Shown in pieces: positions 15,724 through 24,916 of a stretch of 54,257 bases of DNA. How positions within the stretch are numbered: position 1 is the first letter of the stretch; the number at the start of each line of letters is the position of its first letter. The stretch is from Phycisphaeraceae bacterium (lineage in GTDB: Bacteria > Planctomycetota > Phycisphaerae > Phycisphaerales > Zrk34), in assembly GCA_040905565.1 (NCBI GenBank), contig JBBDRF010000016.1:1-54257 (forward strand), given 5' to 3'. The notes below the pieces were generated by a model that saw nothing but the letters and a program-made list of their open reading frames with translations, did no database searches and was not told the origin of the DNA. The position numbers and the translations under genes were made by a program.

Positions 15724-17760
15724 ATGTCGCATTTTCAGGGATCGGCGTGGGTTAGCGCCATGGTGGCAGGATTGGTCGCCGTTGTTCTGGTCGCCGATGG
15801 GGCTAAGGCGGAGGGGCCGGTGGGGGGACCGGGGGGGGGGCTGGTGCTTGAGGCACGGTCGGGGGATGCGCGAGAACTGGGCGTCGGCCGATTTGTGCCC
15901 TCGGCTGAGGGATTGACGCTTGCGGGGGAACCGAAGAGCTGGGAAGCAGGGCGAGGCGAAACGGCGACTGTGATTGCGCTTACAAGCGTGACGTGTCCGC
16001 TGTCGAAACGGTTTGCGCCGGCGCTGGGGCGGCTGGAAGCGGCGTACGCTGAGCGGGGCGTGCGGTTTGTTTTTGTCAATGTGGGCGGCGACAGCGGCGA
16101 GGCGATGCGCGAACAGATCGGGCAGCAGGGGTTCGAGGGGCTGTACCTTGAGGATCCTGAAGGCAGCGTGGCAGCGACGCTGGGCGCGGAGACGACGACG
16201 GAAGTTTTCGTCATCGATCGCGCGAACACGATGGTGTATCGGGGTGCGGTGAATGACCAGTACGGGCTTCGGCATGCACATGACGCGCCAAGGCATCGGT
16301 ATCTCCGAGTGGCGCTTGATGCGGTGCTTGCGGGGGAACTGCCTGGGGTGGCGGCGACGGAGGCGCCGGGTTGCCTGCTCAATCAGCCGACGGATGGCGA
16401 TGAGAAACGGGAGGCGGTGACGTATACGAAAGACGTTTCGCGGATCATGCAGAGCAGTTGCGTGGAATGTCATCGCTCAGGAGGCATTGGTCCGTTTACG
16501 CTGCAAAGCTATGAGGACGTGGCGAGGCGGGGGCGGATGATCGGGGCGGTGGTTGAGGAAGGTGTGATGCCGCCTTGGTTTGCGGCGGATGCGGCGGACG
16601 GGCCGAGCCCGTGGCACAATGACCGATCATTGACAGATTCGGAAGAGCAGACGCTTCAGAAGTGGATTGAGGCAGGCATGCCTGAGGGCGATGAGGCTCA
16701 TGCTCCGGTGGCGCTGAACTGGCCCGAGACGCGGTGGACGGCGGGCGAGCCTGATGTGGTGCTGGAGATCCCTGAGCCGATCGCGGTGCCGGCTGAGGGG
16801 ACGATGCCTTATCAGCATGTGGTGGTGCGGACGGGGCTTGATGAGGATAAGTGGGTGCGGGGATTTCAGATCGTGCCCACGGCTCGGGAGGTGGTGCATC
16901 ACGTGCTGGTATTTGCTGCCCCTGCGGAAGTTGCGGATGATCCAAGGAAGATCAGGCGTGCGGTATCGGGGGAGGGCGGGCAGTTCGCAGCATACGTGCC
17001 TGGCAATGATGCGGTGGTGTATCCGGAGGGGTTCGGGCGGAAGCTGCCTGCGGATTCGGTGCTTGTTTTTCAGCTCCATTACACGCCGAACGGCACGGCG
17101 ACGCATGATCAGACGCAGATTGGGCTGATTTTCAGCGCGGAGGAGCCGGACTACGTGGTGGACGTGGTGGGCATTGCGAACCCGCGGATCGAGATCCCGC
17201 CTGGGGCGGCAAATCATGAGGAGCGGGCGCAGCAGCGGGTGCCGATGGATGCGAAGATTCTGGCGTTGATGCCTCACATGCATGTGCGGGGCAAGGCGTT
17301 CCGGTATGAGGTGGAGCGGGCGGATGGTGAGCGGGAGCTGCTTTTGGAGGTTCCGCGGTACGACTTCAATTGGCAGCTGCGGTATGCGTACCGGGAGCCG
17401 ATGGCGGTGCAGCGGGGGGATAAGCTGCATGTGACGGCGTGGTATGACAACAGTGCGGAGAATGCGGCGAATCCTGATCCGACGCGGACGGTGCGGTGGG
17501 GGCCTCAGACTTACGACGAGATGCTGCTTGGCTATGTGGAGTTCTACACGGTGAACGATGCGGCAGCGGCGGGGGAGGCGGGCGGCGAGGCTGAGCGGGC
17601 GACGGCGGCGGGAGGGCTCTCGTTCGATCGGCTGCTTGAGCGGTTTGATGCGAACGGCGACGGTGAGATTGCGCGATCGGAAGTGCCCGCACGGCTGTGG
17701 CGGATTTTTGATCGGCTTGATCGGGATGAGGATGGGGTGCTGCGGGCGGGGGATTTTTAG
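15724..17760 (+). CDS. secreted redoxin + c-type cytochrome + copper monooxygenase-like + EF-hand fusion protein
   Basis: GGAGG RBS; signal peptide; TCP and YRGAVNDQY (redoxin); CVECH heme motif; VVHH, QLHY, PHMHVRGK, YDFNWQ and DEM copper-monooxygenase-like motifs; DANGDGEI EF-hand. Confidence 0.85.
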   Translation: MSHFQGSAWVSAMVAGLVAVVLVADGAKAEGPVGGPGGGLVLEARSGDARELGVGRFVPSAEGLTLAGEPKSWEAGRGETATVIALTSVTCPLSKRFAPALGRLEAAYAERGVRFVFVNVGGDSGEAMREQIGQQGFEGLYLEDPEGSVAATLGAETTTEVFVIDRANTMVYRGAVNDQYGLRHAHDAPRHRYLRVALDAVLAGELPGVAATEAPGCLLNQPTDGDEKREAVTYTKDVSRIMQSSCVECHRSGGIGPFTLQSYEDVARRGRMIGAVVEEGVMPPWFAADAADGPSPWHNDRSLTDSEEQTLQKWIEAGMPEGDEAHAPVALNWPETRWTAGEPDVVLEIPEPIAVPAEGTMPYQHVVVRTGLDEDKWVRGFQIVPTAREVVHHVLVFAAPAEVADDPRKIRRAVSGEGGQFAAYVPGNDAVVYPEGFGRKLPADSVLVFQLHYTPNGTATHDQTQIGLIFSAEEPDYVVDVVGIANPRIEIPPGAANHEERAQQRVPMDAKILALMPHMHVRGKAFRYEVERADGERELLLEVPRYDFNWQLRYAYREPMAVQRGDKLHVTAWYDNSAENAANPDPTRTVRWGPQTYDEMLLGYVEFYTVNDAAAAGEAGGEAERATAAGGLSFDRLLERFDANGDGEIARSEVPARLWRIFDRLDRDEDGVLRAGDF

Positions 17761-17807
17761 CGGGCGATCGCCCGGCCGTCTCGCTGCGCTCGCTGGCCGG
17801 GGCACCC
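17757..17807. repeat. family F half-site (17757-17771) abutting family A palindrome (17771-17807)
   Basis: Family A CCCGGCCGTCTCGCTGCGCTCGCTGGCCGGGGCACCC is identical at 31402-31438 and 41211-41247; family F GATCGCCCGCTAA recurs at 32470, 35940 and 41287. Confidence 0.9.
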
Positions 17808-17884
17808 GTTTGGGTTGTTTTGATTTGAGGCATTGCTCTGGGGAACGTACGCAAAGCTTCACGCACAATGTGGCTTCGGGGTGC

Positions 17885-18409
17885 TCAGAAACCCTCGGGG
17901 AGCTGGATTTCGCCGGGTTCGAGGGGTTCGAGGGCCGGGCCCAGGCGCTGGAAGATACCGAGGTGCTCAGGCTTCTTCAGGTATTCGGACATGGCGTCGA
18001 GCGAGGTCTCGAGTTCCTTGGCGCGGGCGTCGTTCCCGGCGGCCCTAGCTTCGTCGAGCTGGTCGAGCGCGTACTCGCCCAAGGCGTACCAGTCCTCGAA
18101 GTATTCCTTCTGCGCCTGCTGCGCCAGCTCGGTGGCCTTGGCGATGTCGCCCTGCTCGGCGAGTTCGGTGTTGGACACCTTCAGGAGCGAGTCCTCGGCC
18201 AGCGGGGGATTGGACCAGTCGATTTCGACCAGGGCGTCGAGGGCGGCCTGCTTTTCGCCGGCCTCCCACTTGTCGAGCATCGCTTCGACGGTCGTACCCG
18301 AGTCGGCGGAGACCGTCGCGTCGTTGGATCCGTTGTCGGCGGAGTCGCCGCCGCATCCGGCGAGCATCAGGGCGAGCATCACGGCCGTCGAGAGATGTGT
18401 TTTTCGCAT
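17885..18409 (-). CDS. hypothetical lipoprotein
   Basis: MRKTHLSTAVMLALMLAGC lipobox; acidic helical body. Confidence 0.75.
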   Translation of the reverse strand: MRKTHLSTAVMLALMLAGCGGDSADNGSNDATVSADSGTTVEAMLDKWEAGEKQAALDALVEIDWSNPPLAEDSLLKVSNTELAEQGDIAKATELAQQAQKEYFEDWYALGEYALDQLDEARAAGNDARAKELETSLDAMSEYLKKPEHLGIFQRLGPALEPLEPGEIQLPEGF

Positions 18410-18715
18410 GCTTGTTCCCCTAGAGACGTGGTGTGTTGTCCTGAATCCGACTGATACTGATAGCAAATCTGATTGGAGGTGGGCCGGCGTCAGGGGCTTG
18501 GGGCTGAGGGGAGAAATGAGCCGTTTACCCGATGCCCTACTTCCGCCCACCTGACGAACCGAAGCTCCGCTCAGGCCCTTTCGGAACCGGTCTTCGAATT
18601 CGAAAAGCCCGTCGAGGCCAGTATATAATTTGGTTTTGATGTGATCTAGTACGAAATATTGAGATTCGTATCAGTGAGGCATCCGCAGCATTTTTAGCTT
18701 TTTCGGACGGGATGC

Positions 18716-18744
18716 AAAAAGCCCACCGCCTTGCGACGATGGGC
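18716..18744 (-). terminator. intrinsic terminator downstream of tRNA-Ala
   Basis: GCCCATCGTC-GCAA-GGCGGTGGGC followed by TTTTT on the minus strand. Confidence 0.7.
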
Positions 18745-18782
18745 CTTGTTCGGGCGAGACGGGTTTTGCAACCCGGCGTCAA

Positions 18783-18855
18783 TGGAGCGGAAGGGGATCG
18801 AACCCTCAACCTCCTCGATGCGACCGAGGCGCTCTCCCAATTGAGCTACCGCCCC
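18783..18855 (-). tRNA. tRNA-Ala(CGC)
   Basis: Cloverleaf GGGGCGG/CCGCTCC with the G3:U70 Ala determinant; anticodon arm CCTCG-GTCGCAT-CGAGG; TTCGATC T-loop; A73; CCA not encoded. Confidence 0.97.
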
Positions 18856-18870
18856 CTTTGGGAACGCGAT

Positions 18871-18899
18871 AGTTTAGACGTCTGTCATGCGTTCTGCAA
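18871..18899 (-). promoter_or_regulatory. putative sigma70 promoter of tRNA-Ala
   Basis: TTGCAG-17 nt-TAAACT on the minus strand. Confidence 0.55.
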
Positions 18900-18905
18900 G
18901 GCGCT

Positions 18906-21524
18906 CTAGATGGTGAGGTCGGCGGGCTCGCTTGCTTCGTCGGGTTCGTGTTGGTGGTCCCATGCGATGAGGCCTGGAACGAAGGGTGAGGCGAGGTGTT
19001 TGCTTCCGGGGATGACGCGGACGGCGAAGCCGTGGCGGCCGCTGTTGCCGACGGTGAGCTGGCCGACGTAGCGGTGGTTGTTGCTGCCGACGTGGCTGTC
19101 GTGTTCGAGGTCGATGCAGGTGGCGTGGGTGATGCGGCCTTTGGTGTCGAGGGGGCCGTAGTAGAGCTGAACGCGGACGTCGTCGTGCTTGAGGGCGTCG
19201 AGGTGGACGACCGAGGAGACGGGCATCGGCTGGCGGACGCCGAGCGGCCGTTGGGTGTCGGCCTGGATGGATTCGACGCGGATCTTGTGCCAGTGGCTGC
19301 GGAGGGTGGTGACGTAGGAGGCGACTTCCTTCGCGGTCTCGAAATTGTTCGTCTGCAATGCGAGGTTACGCTGATGGCAGGGCAGGTAGTAGTTTCTGGC
19401 GTAGTCCTGCACCATGCGGTTGGCGTTGAACTGCGGGGCAAGGCGGTACATGCAGCGCTTCATCCAGGCGACCCAGCGACGGGGGAGATTGGTGTCGTCG
19501 CGATCGTAGAAGTTGGGGACGATCTCTTTTTCGAGGAGATCGTAGAGTGCCTGGCTCTCGACCTGATCCTGATAATCGTAGTTGGTGTAGGACTCGCCGC
19601 GACCGATGGCCCAGCCGACGTCTTTTTCCCACGCTTCGTCCCACCAGCCGTCGAGGATGGAGCAGTTGAGGACGCCGTTGAGTGCGGCCTTCATGCCGCT
19701 GGTGCCGGATGCTTCCATGCCGCGGCGGGGTGTGTTGAGCCAGAGGTCGCAGCCCTGGACCATGTAGCGGGCGACGGCCATGTTGTAGTTTTCGACGAAG
19801 ACGACGCGGCGGGAGGCGCCGTTCTCGCGGGCGAAATGGATGATGTGGCGGATGAGTTCCTTGCCCTGCGTGTCGGCGGGGTGGGCTTTGCCTGCGATGA
19901 CGATCTGCACGGGGCGATCGTGATTGCAGAGGATTTTCATGAGCCGTTCGGCGTCGCGGAAGAGCAGGTCGGCGCGCTTGTAGGTGGCGAAGCGGCGTGC
20001 GAAGCCGATGGTCAGGGCGGTGTGGTCGAAGAGGTCTTCGGCTTGCTGAATCTGCTCGGTGGAAGCGCCGCGGCGTTCGAGTTGTTCCTGCTGGGTTTGG
20101 CGTAGCCAGCGGATGAGTTTTTGACGGCGACGTTCGTGGATGCGCCAGAGTTCTTCGTCGGGGATCTGGTTGATGCCGTCCCAGACGGCTTCGTCGTCGG
20201 ACTCGACGTTCCAGCGGTGGGGGAGGTAGCGATCGAAGAGCCAGATGAGGTCGGGGCTGATCCAAGTGCGAGCGTGGGTGCCGTTGGTGACGTGGCCGAT
20301 GGGGACTTCTTCGTTGGGGACGCCCGGCCAGATGTTGGCCCACATTTCGCGGCTGACTTCGCCGTGGAGTTTGGAGACGCCGTTGGCGTAGTCGGCGGTG
20401 CGGATGGCGAGGACGGCCATGGAGAAGAATTCGTTGGGGTTGAAGACGTTTTCGCGGCCGAGCGCGAGCATGCCGTCCATGTCGAGGCGGAGGTGGTGGT
20501 GGTAGTCTTTGAAGTAGCGGTGGATCATTTCCGGTGGGAAGCGATCGATGCCTGCGGGGACTGGCGTGTGCGTGGTAAAGACGTGCCCGGCGGCGGCGGC
20601 CTGGCGTGCGTCGTCAAAGCTCATGTCGTGTTCGGCGATGAGCATGCGGATGTGTTCGAGGGCCTGGAAGGCGGCGTGGCCTTCGTTCATGTGCAGGACG
20701 GTGGGGTTGATATCCATGGCGGCGAGGGCGCGGCGGCCGCCGATGCCGAGGACGATCTCCTGGCGGATGCGCATTTCCATGTCGCCGCCGTAGAGCTGGG
20801 AGGTGATGCCGCGGTCTTCGGGGGCGTTCTCGGCGACGTTGGTGTCGAGCAGGAAGAGGCGGATGCGGCCGACCTTCGCTTCCCAGACGGCGATGGTGAC
20901 GGTGCGGCCGGGCAGGTCGACTTCGACCATGAGCGGGTTGGCGTCGGCATCGTGCACGGGGCGGACGGGGAGGTTGGTGAAATCGAGATCGGGGTAGAAT
21001 TCCTGCTGCCAGCCATCGGCGTTGAGGTACTGCTGGAAGTAGCCGTTGCGGTAGAAGAGCCCGACGCCGACGAGCGGCACGCCTAGCTCCGAGGCGCTCT
21101 TAAGATGATCCCCCGCGAGGATGCCGAGGCCGCCGGAGTAGATCTGGAGGCATTCGGTGAGGCCGAACTCGGCGCAGAAGTAGCCAATGCAGGTATTGCC
21201 GGCGTCGCCGTAGGTTTTTTCGAACCAGCTTTCGCGGGTGAGATGGTCGACGAGTTGTTCGTGGACGCGGCGCATGCCGGTGAGGTAGGACTCGTCGACG
21301 GCGAGTTCCTCCAGGCGATCCTGCGGACACGACCCGAGCAGGCGGATGGGGTTGTGCAGGGTTTCGTGCCAGCGCTGGCGATCGATGCGCATGAACAGTT
21401 CGACGGCTTCGGGGTGCCAGGTCCACCAGAGGTTCTTGGCGATCTCCATGAGCGGCTGGAGGGGCTCGGGGAGGGAGGGGATGACCTTGAAGGCGTGTAT
21501 TTTGGCTTGTTCAGGCGACAGCAT
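18906..21524 (-). CDS. glgP: alpha-glucan (glycogen) phosphorylase
   Basis: YSGGLGILAGDHLKSAS, HMNEGHA, GFARRFATYKRA, EASGTSGMK (PLP lysine), LDGWWDE. Confidence 0.97.
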   Translation of the reverse strand: MLSPEQAKIHAFKVIPSLPEPLQPLMEIAKNLWWTWHPEAVELFMRIDRQRWHETLHNPIRLLGSCPQDRLEELAVDESYLTGMRRVHEQLVDHLTRESWFEKTYGDAGNTCIGYFCAEFGLTECLQIYSGGLGILAGDHLKSASELGVPLVGVGLFYRNGYFQQYLNADGWQQEFYPDLDFTNLPVRPVHDADANPLMVEVDLPGRTVTIAVWEAKVGRIRLFLLDTNVAENAPEDRGITSQLYGGDMEMRIRQEIVLGIGGRRALAAMDINPTVLHMNEGHAAFQALEHIRMLIAEHDMSFDDARQAAAAGHVFTTHTPVPAGIDRFPPEMIHRYFKDYHHHLRLDMDGMLALGRENVFNPNEFFSMAVLAIRTADYANGVSKLHGEVSREMWANIWPGVPNEEVPIGHVTNGTHARTWISPDLIWLFDRYLPHRWNVESDDEAVWDGINQIPDEELWRIHERRRQKLIRWLRQTQQEQLERRGASTEQIQQAEDLFDHTALTIGFARRFATYKRADLLFRDAERLMKILCNHDRPVQIVIAGKAHPADTQGKELIRHIIHFARENGASRRVVFVENYNMAVARYMVQGCDLWLNTPRRGMEASGTSGMKAALNGVLNCSILDGWWDEAWEKDVGWAIGRGESYTNYDYQDQVESQALYDLLEKEIVPNFYDRDDTNLPRRWVAWMKRCMYRLAPQFNANRMVQDYARNYYLPCHQRNLALQTNNFETAKEVASYVTTLRSHWHKIRVESIQADTQRPLGVRQPMPVSSVVHLDALKHDDVRVQLYYGPLDTKGRITHATCIDLEHDSHVGSNNHRYVGQLTVGNSGRHGFAVRVIPGSKHLASPFVPGLIAWDHQHEPDEASEPADLTI

Positions 21525-21697
21525 AGGGTGTCGTGCTTTCTTGGATCATTCGATCGGAGCGTTCGGAGGGGCGACAACCGCTGCCGCGTCCTGCACGATC
21601 GCTGCTGCTTTATTATCGACCAGACGTGACGGTCACCTTTGGTCACGTTGCCGGGGGCTCTGTGTCGCCCCGAGCCGAGCTTTCCAGGCGGCGTCTC

Positions 21698-22690
21698 TCA
21701 GCCGTCGGCGACGCGCGCGGCGGCGACGTCGGGATTGACGGCGTGGGGAGGCTGGGCCCCCTGAAGAACAGCCAGCAAATTCCGAGCCGTGAGGGCGGAC
21801 ATCGCATCACGGGTTTCATGCGTGGCGGAACCGAGGTGCGGCAGCAAAAGCGTGTTGGGGCACTCGGCGAGGCCCGGCGCCATCTTCGGCTCAGCTTCGT
21901 AGACGTCGAGCCCGGCCCCGGCGATTTGATGATTCTGCAGGGCGGTGACGAGGGCCGCTTCGTCGACGACGGGGCCTCGGGCGGTGTTGATGAGGTAGGC
22001 GGTGGGCTTCATCATCGCGAGGCGGTCGGCGTTGATGAGGTGGTGGGTCTCGTCGGTGATGGGGACGTGCAGGGAAACGTAGTCGGCCTGGGCGAGGGCC
22101 TCGTCCAGGCTGACACGCTCGGCACCGAGTTCGGTCTCGAAATCTTCATGGGCAGAGCGGGCGACGTAAAGAATTCGCATGCGCCAGCCGATGGACCGAC
22201 GGGCGACTTCAAAGCCGATTCGGCCGGCCCCGACGATGGCGAGCGTTTTGCCGACGAGGTCGCCGCCGAGAAGCATGTTCGGGCCCCAGCCGTGGAAATC
22301 GCCGGCGCGCATCATCTGGTCGCCTTCGATGGCGCGGCGGGCGGTGCCGAGGATGAGGGTCCATGCGATGTCGGCGGTGGCGTCGGAGAGGACGCCGGGC
22401 GTGTTGCAGACGACGATGCCGCGGCGGGTGGCCTCGTCGACATCGATGTTGTTGAAGCCGACGGCATAGTTGGCAATGACGCGGAGCTGATCGCCGGCGG
22501 CGTCCATGAGCTCGGCATCGACTTTGTCATGCAGTTGCGTAAGGACACCTTCAACGCCTGCGATGTGCTCGAGGAGCTCGGCGCGGGGGAGGGGGGCGTC
22601 TTCATCATTAGCACGGACGGTATGGCCGCCGTCGCGGAGCATCTGGATGGCGGGGCCGGGGATCTGACGGGTGACGAGGATGTCAGCCAT
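21698..22690 (-). CDS. D-glycerate dehydrogenase / glyoxylate reductase
   Basis: NYAVGFNNID, NTPGVLSDATAD, GAGRIG, INTARGPVVDE, LPHLGSAT. Confidence 0.93.
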   Translation of the reverse strand: MADILVTRQIPGPAIQMLRDGGHTVRANDEDAPLPRAELLEHIAGVEGVLTQLHDKVDAELMDAAGDQLRVIANYAVGFNNIDVDEATRRGIVVCNTPGVLSDATADIAWTLILGTARRAIEGDQMMRAGDFHGWGPNMLLGGDLVGKTLAIVGAGRIGFEVARRSIGWRMRILYVARSAHEDFETELGAERVSLDEALAQADYVSLHVPITDETHHLINADRLAMMKPTAYLINTARGPVVDEAALVTALQNHQIAGAGLDVYEAEPKMAPGLAECPNTLLLPHLGSATHETRDAMSALTARNLLAVLQGAQPPHAVNPDVAAARVADG

Positions 22691-23011
22691 GAGCGTGTCT
22701 CTTTGGATTAGCAGGCACGGGAACGGATTGAGAACGAACGGTGCAGGCCGAACAGCCGCAAGAATCGATAAGTGGGCAAGATAACCCGCGCGGTGACCGA
22801 TCGCAAGGTTTGTGATGCGTCGGGGCGTGCGTCAGGTCAGGGTGGCTGACATAGGCCCGGCTCGGGGGAAACTCGGCTACTGATGGGGCGCGTCGAAAAA
22901 CTAGTCCGATTCGTCTCCCCCGGCGACCTATAGTCGGGTGCGAGGCCGTAGGGTCTTGTCAAGGCGAAATCTAGTTCCTAGTATTAAGGCATAACTTATG
23001 GAGTGACCACC

Positions 23012-23467
23012 ATGGCCAAAACACTACGTCGGGCGACGCTAGGGGAACTCGAAGCTGAGATCCGCCGGCGACAGACGAACCTGGACAAACTCAGCAAGCA
23101 GCGCGCGGACCTGGCGGCGAAGCTTGCGGAGATCGATCGGCAGATTCAGCAGGCGGGCGGCGCGGCTGAGGGCGCGGCGGCTCCGGTGCGTGGCAAGCCT
23201 GGCCCGAAGCCTGGACGCAAACGCAAGACGAAGAAGACCAAACGGCAGCCCGGACGGCGCGCGCGAGGCGGCGTGGCGCTGACCGATGTGCTGGCCGAGG
23301 TGATGAGTTCCGGCGAGCCGATGAGCACAGCCGAGGCGGCGGATCGCGTGCTGAAGACGGGCTACAAGACCCGAGCGAAAAACTTCAACAACGTGATCTA
23401 CCAGGCGCTCCACTCCGATCCCCGATTTCAGCGGGTCGGCCGAGGCCAGTACGCGCTCGTGCAGTGA
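23012..23467 (+). CDS. putative DNA-binding protein (coiled coil, basic linker, winged helix)
   Basis: GGAG RBS; N-terminal heptads; K/R-rich linker; C-terminal wHTH-like segment ending FQRVGRGQYALV. Confidence 0.75.
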   Translation: MAKTLRRATLGELEAEIRRRQTNLDKLSKQRADLAAKLAEIDRQIQQAGGAAEGAAAPVRGKPGPKPGRKRKTKKTKRQPGRRARGGVALTDVLAEVMSSGEPMSTAEAADRVLKTGYKTRAKNFNNVIYQALHSDPRFQRVGRGQYALVQ

Positions 23468-23543
23468 GACGAGTGATTGTTGATATGTGATCTTGTGATT
23501 GGGTGGGGGGGGCTGCGGATTGTCGCATGCGCCGGTGGTATTG

Positions 23544-23653
23544 GTAGGGTGGGTAGAGCGTGAGCGAAACCCACCGTCGTTGTGGTCGTTGTGTTGGGGG
23601 GGGGGGAATGTTGGTTAGGTGGCCGGGGTGGTGGGTTTCGCTACCCACCCTAC
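23544..23653. repeat. GTAG-type REP inverted doublet (family H)
   Basis: GTAGGGTGGGTAGAGCG..GAAACCCACC (23544-23575) and GGTGGGTTTCGCTACCCACCCTAC (23630-23653). Confidence 0.8.
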
Positions 23654-23708
23654 GCGCTGCAGGGCGGTCGCTTGCGCTTCCCGCCCACAAGGCAAAGATG
23701 ATGCACAT

Positions 23709-23738
23709 AAAAAACCGGCTCCACGAGGTGGAGCCGGT
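23709..23738 (-). terminator. intrinsic terminator of rplM-rpsI
   Basis: ACCGGCTCCAC-CTC-GTGGAGCCGG followed by a T6 tract on the minus strand. Confidence 0.8.
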
Positions 23739-23767
23739 CGTCGTTGTATTGATTGTGGCGCTGGGGT

Positions 23768-24259
23768 TTAGCGCTTGGAGAACTGGAACTTGCGGCGTGC
23801 GCCGGACTGGCCGTACTTCTTGCGTTCGACTTCGCGGGGGTCGCGGGTGAGGAAGCCTTCGACGCGGAGGCCGTGCTCGAGGGAGGGGTCGTACTTCTTG
23901 AGGGCACGAGCGAGCCCGAGGAGGACGGCGCCGGCCTGTCCGGTGTACCCGCCGCCGCGGACACTGGCGATGACGTCAAGGTTGCCCTGAATGTTGGAGA
24001 TTTTCAGGGGCGCGTTGAGCAGGCGGACGTGCTGCATCTCGGTGAAGAACACGTCAAGCTCTTTGCCGTTGACGATGAACTTGCCGTCGCCGGGGCGGAT
24101 GCGGACGCGAGCGATGGAGCTTTTGCGTCGGCCTGTTCCCCACCAGTAGCCGTTGACCGCGGGTTCGGGGTCGGGCAGGGGCTGCGTCTGAGTTTCCTCG
24201 ACGACAGGAGCGGTGGAACTGGTGGGAGCGTTACCGGATGGCGTGATGGTATCGGTCAT
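23768..24259 (-). CDS. rpsI: 30S ribosomal protein S9
   Basis: GTGRRKSSIARV, GGGYTGQAGA, LTRDPREVERKKYG, C-terminal QFSKR. Confidence 0.99.
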   Translation of the reverse strand: MTDTITPSGNAPTSSTAPVVEETQTQPLPDPEPAVNGYWWGTGRRKSSIARVRIRPGDGKFIVNGKELDVFFTEMQHVRLLNAPLKISNIQGNLDVIASVRGGGYTGQAGAVLLGLARALKKYDPSLEHGLRVEGFLTRDPREVERKKYGQSGARRKFQFSKR

Positions 24260-24300
24260 GGTGGCCCGTCAAATGTGCGCCGTGAGGCGAGGCGTTTGGT

Positions 24301-24735
24301 TTAGACTTCCAGCGGCTGAGGTTGCTGAGCCGCGTGAGGATGTTCGGAGCCGGCGTAAACCTTGAGTTTCTTGAGCATCGACTGGCCGAGGCTGCTCTTG
24401 GGGAGCATGCGGCGGACGGCGAGCTCGAGCAGTCGTTCGGGGCGTTCTTCACGCATCTGCCCGAAGCTGACGGCCTTAAGGCCCCCGGGGTAGCCGGAGT
24501 AGCGGGTATGGAACCGCTGATCGGCTTTACGGCCGGTGAGCCGAATCTTCGACGCATTGGTCACGACGACAAAGTCGCCCGTGTCGATGTGCGGCGTGTA
24601 GGTAGGCTTATGCTTGCCCATCAGGATGGTCGCAAGCTCCGACGCCAACCGGCCGAGTACACGACCGTTCGCATCAATCACGTGCCAATTCTGTTCAATG
24701 TCGCCTGCTTTGGCGAAATACGTCTGCCGATTCAT
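24301..24735 (-). CDS. rplM: 50S ribosomal protein L13
   Basis: WHVIDA, LGRLAS, GKHKPTYTPHIDTGDFVVV, HPHAAQQP. Confidence 0.99.
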   Translation of the reverse strand: MNRQTYFAKAGDIEQNWHVIDANGRVLGRLASELATILMGKHKPTYTPHIDTGDFVVVTNASKIRLTGRKADQRFHTRYSGYPGGLKAVSFGQMREERPERLLELAVRRMLPKSSLGQSMLKKLKVYAGSEHPHAAQQPQPLEV

Positions 24736-24783
24736 AGGATTACACCTTACTGGATTCGTCCGTCTACAAGGGCGAAGTCCGGT

Positions 24784-24811
24784 AGTTTAGCAGCACGCGG
24801 GGTGCTGTCAA
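24784..24811 (-). promoter_or_regulatory. sigma70 promoter of rplM-rpsI
   Basis: TTGACA-16 nt-TAAACT on the minus strand. Confidence 0.7.
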
Positions 24812-24916
24812 GCGAGTGCGGGGGGCGTTGTTGGATTTGTGATGTGTGATGTTAGAGGTGTGATGGGGGGACCGGCGAGGCGTAGCCTCGCGGCTATTGG
24901 GGGTTGAGCGTGTGGG

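Noticed and set aside
18420..18715. AT-richer stretch downstream of tRNA-Ala as an island remnant or dif/cer site
   Set aside because: No integrase, no duplicated tRNA 3' end and a poor match to Xer arms; more simply the promoter region of the lipoprotein gene.
24150..24259. N-terminal extension on ribosomal protein S9
   Set aside because: Variable low-complexity S9 extensions are common in several bacterial lineages.
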